Sequence record: NC_028829.1 | DNA: 64,000 nt | Reading direction: 5' to 3' (one strand) | Shown here: positions 58,664-64,000 of the stretch, one piece after another | How the letters are laid out: the number at the start of each line of letters is the position of its first letter | Numbering within the stretch: the stretch's first letter is position 1 | Translations under genes and position numbers: made by a program | The notes under the pieces: generated by a model | Databases searched by the model: none | Told to the model about the DNA's origin: nothing | Seen by the model: only the letters and a program-made list of their open reading frames with translations

Positions 58664-59143
58664 TTATTCGAAATGTCTGAACTTCTTCAGCTTTTTCTTT
58701 TTCTTTTTCTTACCGATAGTTTCAGGACCTGCATTAGTTACAGCACCAGTCGTTTCACCAGAAGCAATCGACTCTGGTGAGCTACTACCGTCACCCGCAT
58801 CACCTGCAACAACAGCTTCTTCGACTCGAATACACTCTTTCGCGAAATCTTCAGATAACCCGTATTCTTTTGCAAGCTCAATCAGCAACAAATAAGACGC
58901 GCCATAATCAAGTGCTGTTTTACCACCTGGTAATGCACCAACCATGCGCTTGATATTTCTCACAGTAACATGAAACATCGTCCAGTTACTTTTCTCTTGT
59001 GCAGTTACAGGGTCACGCAACTTCTTACCATCTGCGTCGATGATACCCATTCGATATGCTTCCCAACGTTCAAAACGAAGATGAAGCAAACGAGACAGAC
59101 GAAGAGCATAAAAACCATCTGCACCACGTTTAGCTACACTCAT
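58664..59143 (-). CDS. T4 gp61.1-like conserved protein
   Basis: RLSRLL...FE.WEAY.MGIID..GK.L, NIKRM; position upstream of gene 61. Confidence 0.8.
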   Translation of the reverse strand: MSVAKRGADGFYALRLSRLLHLRFERWEAYRMGIIDADGKKLRDPVTAQEKSNWTMFHVTVRNIKRMVGALPGGKTALDYGASYLLLIELAKEYGLSEDFAKECIRVEEAVVAGDAGDGSSSPESIASGETTGAVTNAGPETIGKKKKKKKLKKFRHFE

Positions 59144-59967
59144 TATGCCCCCAAGATTTGCTCAAGTTGACGATCAAAGATCTTCTCTGCTTCATCAAGT
59201 GGTAATGGTACGCTGCGCATGAATTCGTGCAGATTATCTTCGCGAATCAGATTTTCAATAGTACTAGATGGTACTTTGTTCTTGACTTCAACGATCTCGA
59301 ATCGTGTTCCACCTACACGTAGGAAGTGACGACCTAGACGGCGATACTCAGCTACTTTGTTCGCTTCTACAAATGCAAACACGCGAGTGATACCTTTTTG
59401 AATCATAGTCTCTACTTCAGCAAACATCACGCCTTTCGGTGCAACATCGACATCAGAGAACGATTCAAATAATTCAACGCGCTCTTGAAGTGATAAAACC
59501 TTGTTCTGAGCTTCAGGTACAAACACTTTACCAACAGCACCAACGTGTTCACACGCTTCAGATAATGTTTTAGTCAATTCTTTATGACCAACTGAAGGAA
59601 TGCTTGAATCCACGTCCATGATACACGCAGCGTCAATCGCACACTCATTCACAACGGTTTCATGTTCGAAGAAATCTTTTTCCGAAACGACAAATAGACC
59701 CTCATCAAGTTTAGCTGCAATTGCTTCAGCTTCTTGTTGTTGTTTCTTCATCGTTGCTTCTTCTTTTTCAGCAGCAGATTCTTTGTCAAACATAGTGATT
59801 TTGCCGCGAATTGCGTCTCGAACACGAATGTCCATCATCGGTGTGATGTTCGCCCCGAGTTCTTTTTTCTTTTGCGTATATAGTTTCTCGATTTCAACTA
59901 CACCGTCTTTGGTAGTACATTGGTGAACCGACGCAATAAGTTCTTCCAATTTATCTTTGATAGCCAT
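59143..59967 (-). CDS. Degenerate HIGH-family cytidylyltransferase-like protein
   Basis: PSVGHKEL, LSLQERVEL, SSTIENLIREDNLHEFMRSVP. Confidence 0.45.
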   Translation of the reverse strand: MAIKDKLEELIASVHQCTTKDGVVEIEKLYTQKKKELGANITPMMDIRVRDAIRGKITMFDKESAAEKEEATMKKQQQEAEAIAAKLDEGLFVVSEKDFFEHETVVNECAIDAACIMDVDSSIPSVGHKELTKTLSEACEHVGAVGKVFVPEAQNKVLSLQERVELFESFSDVDVAPKGVMFAEVETMIQKGITRVFAFVEANKVAEYRRLGRHFLRVGGTRFEIVEVKNKVPSSTIENLIREDNLHEFMRSVPLPLDEAEKIFDRQLEQILGA

Positions 59968-59970
59968 TAG

Positions 59971-60816
59971 CTACTCCTCGTAAACAATCGTATTTTTAGT
60001 AATTCTTGATTCGAATACAACTTCAACACGTACACCATAAGGCAATGCCTTAGAACGGCGACATGCATCATTTCTAATCAACATATACGGGTGATATACA
60101 GTATCTTTAATATCTTTCGCGTTCAACAAAACATCACCGTTAATATGCAAGGTACCGCGTTTGAATACAAAATCATCTAGTGTAAAGCTATTGACTACAA
60201 CAAGACCGTTATTGAGAATGTCTGAACCAAATACAACATGATTTATTTCGTCGTCTCGTAGTCTGCGTGCGATTGGCTGGCTAAGTCTCTTCACTTTACC
60301 ATCGTCAGAATAGTCCGATAATGTAACCATTTTCTTGACTATCATTTGTGATAAAAGCTTACGAGCTTCAGTGCCGTGAATAACGTCAGTACTCGCCCAA
60401 CGTTCGGCATTTGATTTTTTAATTGAAATCGGAAAATCGCCGCTTACGGTCTTCAATACCATATCGGCTTTTTTGTTGTTTTTTGTGTCGTGACCAGTCA
60501 TTTCAATCGACTGAACACCTTTTATTACTCGTCGACCAATTTTAATCCGAGTACAGCCAGAATCAATGTGTTGCTTTACAATATTATAGAAATTGCGTTC
60601 ATTCTCGATGCCCGGATTAGATGTTGGTTTGACGTATACTCTGCATTTTTCCATCTGTATACAACCAATTGAACTGCCTGGGTCGCACTTCTTGTACGTC
60701 CCGTCAAGCTCTTTCGCAAGTTTAACAATTAGACCAAGTCGATTTTCATCTGTGTAGATAACGATCTTTCGGCTATTGATAATTCTCGCGTCATATCTTA
60801 ACAAAACATCTATCAT
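59971..60816 (-). CDS. Putative PD-(D/E)XK (Hef-like) nuclease
   Basis: ENE.NF, KKADMVL, PISIKK; TCTAAATA at 60850..60857. Confidence 0.5.
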   Translation of the reverse strand: MIDVLLRYDARIINSRKIVIYTDENRLGLIVKLAKELDGTYKKCDPGSSIGCIQMEKCRVYVKPTSNPGIENERNFYNIVKQHIDSGCTRIKIGRRVIKGVQSIEMTGHDTKNNKKADMVLKTVSGDFPISIKKSNAERWASTDVIHGTEARKLLSQMIVKKMVTLSDYSDDGKVKRLSQPIARRLRDDEINHVVFGSDILNNGLVVVNSFTLDDFVFKRGTLHINGDVLLNAKDIKDTVYHPYMLIRNDACRRSKALPYGVRVEVVFESRITKNTIVYEE

Positions 60817-60880
60817 AGTGCATGAACACCATCTTTAATACCATACCAGTATTTAGATGTTCATGCAGATAGACTACCAC

Positions 60881-61405
60881 TTAGAAGTCGTAACTTACCT
60901 CTTTGGACTCACGACGTTTGTCAAGAAGTTGTCGCAGATCAGTTAAACGAATCATCGGCTGACCGATGTTACGCTGCAAGTTATCACAACAAACGTTCAC
61001 GTAACGATAGTCATCAATCGTTGCGTAATGCACGTGCCCGTGAATGCTGAAATGACCACGCAGTTCATCGGGGTGTAATGGAAAATGACTCAACCAACCC
61101 AACTTTTTGTACTTTTCACAACCGCGAATCACGTCAAACGCACGCATGTAGCTTGAAACAGGAAGATCGTCATGATTCCCGCCATATTGTACTTTACGAC
61201 CCGGTAGACCAGCAAGAATGCCAACAGCTTCTTCAGTAAATGCAGTATCACCAAGCATAATCACAGTGTCACGCTTGCGAACGTTCTTCAACCAGAAGTC
61301 AACAATCCAGTCGGTGTTCGCTTGAGTGTCTTCAATGTCATCTCGAAACTTACCAATATTTTTGTGACCTAAATGCAGATCACTTGTAATCCAAACACAA
61401 CTCAT
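60881..61405 (-). CDS. Calcineurin-like metallophosphoesterase
   Basis: SDLHLGH, LGD, GNHD, SHFP, HGHVH. Confidence 0.9.
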   Translation of the reverse strand: MSCVWITSDLHLGHKNIGKFRDDIEDTQANTDWIVDFWLKNVRKRDTVIMLGDTAFTEEAVGILAGLPGRKVQYGGNHDDLPVSSYMRAFDVIRGCEKYKKLGWLSHFPLHPDELRGHFSIHGHVHYATIDDYRYVNVCCDNLQRNIGQPMIRLTDLRQLLDKRRESKEVSYDF

Positions 61406-61881
61406 TAATTTCTCTCTTTATCAATAACCATTTCATCATTTACCCGAACGTACAAGATTTGATTATCAGAGCCACGCCACGCTTTCTGCGTCGGTTGATG
61501 TCTCTTGTACCGACCATCAATGAAAACATCAATATAATTCATTATCTCTAAATGATAAACATGAGATAATTTGTAACCGCTCCACAACCAAATATCTTTA
61601 TCGGGATATCGATCTTTCACTGATTTACAAATACGCAATATTTCGTCGCGATTGCTCGGGTGCAACGGGTCTCCTCCCGAAAGACTCAACCCATCGTGCT
61701 GCTCTAAGCTCGTCAAAACGTCTCTAAGCGTTTCTTCAGTGAAATCGATACCATCGTTCGAGTCCCACGTAGATTCGTTGTAGCAGCCCTTACAGCGATG
61801 CTCACAACCAGAAACGAAGATGCTCAATCGAACACCTTCGCCGTTTGCAAAATCAAATTCGTTAATCTTCTGATACTTCAC
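61405..61881 (-). CDS. nrdG: Anaerobic ribonucleotide reductase activase
   Basis: GCEHRCKGCYN radical SAM motif, SGGDPL, DGRY. Confidence 0.97.
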   Translation of the reverse strand: MKYQKINEFDFANGEGVRLSIFVSGCEHRCKGCYNESTWDSNDGIDFTEETLRDVLTSLEQHDGLSLSGGDPLHPSNRDEILRICKSVKDRYPDKDIWLWSGYKLSHVYHLEIMNYIDVFIDGRYKRHQPTQKAWRGSDNQILYVRVNDEMVIDKERN

Positions 61882-62882
61882 TTACCTGCCATCCCGCAAA
61901 AACATCAATATTGAGGCGACAAGATTTTTTGATACCATCATTCGATACATGAACAATATTTTTGTTCATAGCTTCGCGTCGAGAAAATGTAAACGGTACA
62001 TCATCTGCAACAACTGTGATGAAATCATCATTACAAAACACAACTGTTGCTTCTTCTTGTCTCGGCTCGAATTGACAGTTCAAGTATACGTCAATCGTGT
62101 CACCTTCGTTGATACGAACATATTCCATCTTCGTTTCAATCGTTTCTTTATTGTATGACAGCACACCGTCGTGATTAAACAATTCTTGAAACGTTTCTCG
62201 TTCTTCAAAACGTGAAATGATACCAAAGCTAGAATTATCGCTGACTCGACTGCCTTGAACAATAAACGTCAAAGAACTCATATAATCATACAAAACACAG
62301 TCGCCAGTTTCGTCTTGATATATAAATCGAGCATCTATAGTATCACTCGCACTTAAACTCAAGCTGCTACTACTCATAGGTTCGACGTATACTCTAACAT
62401 CTTTACCAATTTCTAAAGCTGTCGGCGTGTATGTAGGTATTCTTCGTTCTTTTTGCGTAAACATTTTAAAACTCCCAATTTATTTTAGACGTGTGACCAT
62501 GTACTAACGTCCAACAGCCGCCCCGAACCCATTGACCAGACAACTTACGGCGATAGTATTTGCCACCCGTTGATGTCGTGATCATCTTCATTGTTTTTGA
62601 AATCTTCGTGATTACACCGTCGGGATGACTGTCACCATTGAAACAATAGCTAACTGCATCACCTACACGTGGCTTTTTGATAATATCAAAGCGCGGCAAG
62701 CAACCTGAACCTGCGTCCACAACCATGTATAGATCTTGGTCGAGCATGTTGCAGACTTCAGTAACTCGCTCTAATGTTTTCCAATCTCGTCGAGATTCAA
62801 CAGTGTGACCCTCTTGGCGGCACTTTTTAGCTACTGAGTGTTCGTCGATAACGCTGCAAGTTGTCAAGTTGATGTATAGCAT
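61862..62882 (-). other. Two hypothetical ORFs inserted between nrdD and nrdG (62466..62882, 61862..62464)
   Basis: They have their own early cassette, TTGCAA-17 bp-TAATAT at 62926..62954. Confidence 0.6.
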
Positions 62883-62978
62883 AATTTTTCTCTCTCTGTT
62901 AGTCGATATCGTCTCGATGAAGTTAATATTACGCACTTATGATTCGTGTTGCAACCTTTTTCTTCGTCAAAAACAAAA

Positions 62979-63000
62979 AAAGCGCCCGAAGGCGCTTTCT
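62979..63000 (-). terminator. Terminator after nrdD
   Basis: AAAGCGCC-TTCG-GGCGCTTTTTT. Confidence 0.9.
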
Positions 63001-64000
63001 CAACAGTGTTTAACTCGATTTTGCATTTCTACAGTCTTGCCGTGATTCCAACCACGAGCACCCGGGTTACCGAGATAGCCGCAGACACGTCTCGTTACAT
63101 TGAGCTTTTCAGGGTCGCGTTCACCGCAAACAGGACAAGAATAACCCAGTGAATCACCATGAGCTTCACCAGACCAACCACACGTACACTGATCAATCGG
63201 GGTATTCGTACCGAAGTAAGCTACTTTAGTGTAAGCATAATCCCATACGCGCTCTAGACCTTTGATGTTGTCTCGCATATTCGGGAACTCAGCATAACAG
63301 ATGAAACCACCGTTTGCATGAATTGGGTATGCAGCTTCAAAATCAATTTTCTCAAATGGGTTCACTTTCTTGAACACGTCTAAGTGAAACGAGTTTGTGT
63401 AATAGTCTTTGTCATTGATACCTGTAATAACACCGTATTTCTCTTGGTCGAGACGACAGAAACGATCACATAGCGATTCACTTGGTGTACTGTACAGACT
63501 GAAACCGTAGCCCGTCAGTTCTTTCCATGCATCGGTGTACGCTCTAAGAGTTTCCACAATCTTTTCAGCGAGGAATTGTTTGTGTTGTGACTCAAACGTA
63601 TGCATGTCTTTATCTGGCGAAAGCAACGTTACTGCTTCGTGTAACCCGATATAACCAAGCGAGATACTTGAACGACCGTGTTTGAAAACTTCACTGACTT
63701 TATCAGTTGGCTTCAAGCGTACGCCCATTGCACCTTCACAGTATAGAATTGGAGCAACTGATGCAGTTACATCATCAAAACGCTTAATACGCAACATCAA
63801 TGCTTCGTAAGCTAGTTTACAACGCTCGTGTAAGATCTCGAAGAAGCGTTCAGTATCACCCGATGCTTCAATAGCAATACGCGGGATATTGATTGAGACG
63901 ACGCCTAAGTTATTACGACCATCGAATACCGTTTCACCATCTTCGTTCTTCCAGTCACCCAAGAATGAGCGACAGCCCATTGGAGACTTAAACCCACCAG
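63000..64000 (-). CDS. nrdD: Anaerobic ribonucleotide reductase, 3' portion (5' end outside the window)
   Basis: PMGCRSFL, NLGVVS, STPSESLCDRF, YYTNSFH, RRVCGYLG. Confidence 0.97.
   Translation of the reverse strand, partial: GGFKSPMGCRSFLGDWKNEDGETVFDGRNNLGVVSINIPRIAIEASGDTERFFEILHERCKLAYEALMLRIKRFDDVTASVAPILYCEGAMGVRLKPTDKVSEVFKHGRSSISLGYIGLHEAVTLLSPDKDMHTFESQHKQFLAEKIVETLRAYTDAWKELTGYGFSLYSTPSESLCDRFCRLDQEKYGVITGINDKDYYTNSFHLDVFKKVNPFEKIDFEAAYPIHANGGFICYAEFPNMRDNIKGLERVWDYAYTKVAYFGTNTPIDQCTCGWSGEAHGDSLGYSCPVCGERDPEKLNVTRRVCGYLGNPGARGWNHGKTVEMQNRVKHC

Noticed and set aside
1-64000. tRNA or rRNA genes
   Set aside because: No intergenic gap shows a cloverleaf or T-loop GTTCRA context; the gaps are filled by promoters and terminators
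1-64000. MotA-box middle promoters
   Set aside because: No convincing (a/t)(a/t)TGCTT(t/c)A box at -30 was found by eye; the TTGCTT hits fit as sigma70 -35 elements with 17-bp spacing

Overview
A 64 kb segment of a large T4-like (Straboviridae) lytic phage genome, almost entirely coded on the minus strand. Gene order, a one-piece gp39 topoisomerase, a long gp46, Sir2, a QueD-like gene at the left edge and the absence of obvious MotA-type middle promoters point to a KVP40-like Vibrio phage (Schizotequatrovirus). That assignment is an inference from recalled gene content, not a search result. Core modules present: replisome (43, regA, 62, 44, 45, 61), recombination (46, 47), late sigma factor 55, DNA ligase 30, topoisomerase 39, nucleotide metabolism (cd, td, dut, nrdD, nrdG, glutaredoxin, deoxyribonucleotidase), RNA repair (pseT, rnlA) and spanins. 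These are interleaved with hypervariable blocks of small ORFs driven by a repeated early promoter/leader cassette, and in six copies a hairpin stem is built from the -35 box. Strongest unexplained signal: about ten dispersed genes begin with a T4 internal-protein-like capsid-targeting leader ending in a gp21-type L-x-E site, and most have a TAAATA late box upstream. Their payloads are an ADP-ribosyltransferase, a SAM methyltransferase, a zincin, an acidic HEAT-like repeat protein and five copies of one shared unknown domain, which suggests a modular, virion-packaged, co-ejected effector arsenal. Other notable items are a secreted metzincin protease, a prepilin-mimic peptide, a 5 x 9-bp iteron array, two PD-(D/E)XK-like ORFs next to replication genes and an ADP-ribose writer/eraser set. 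No tRNA, rRNA or CRISPR array was seen. All assignments come from motif recognition by eye; no searches were run.
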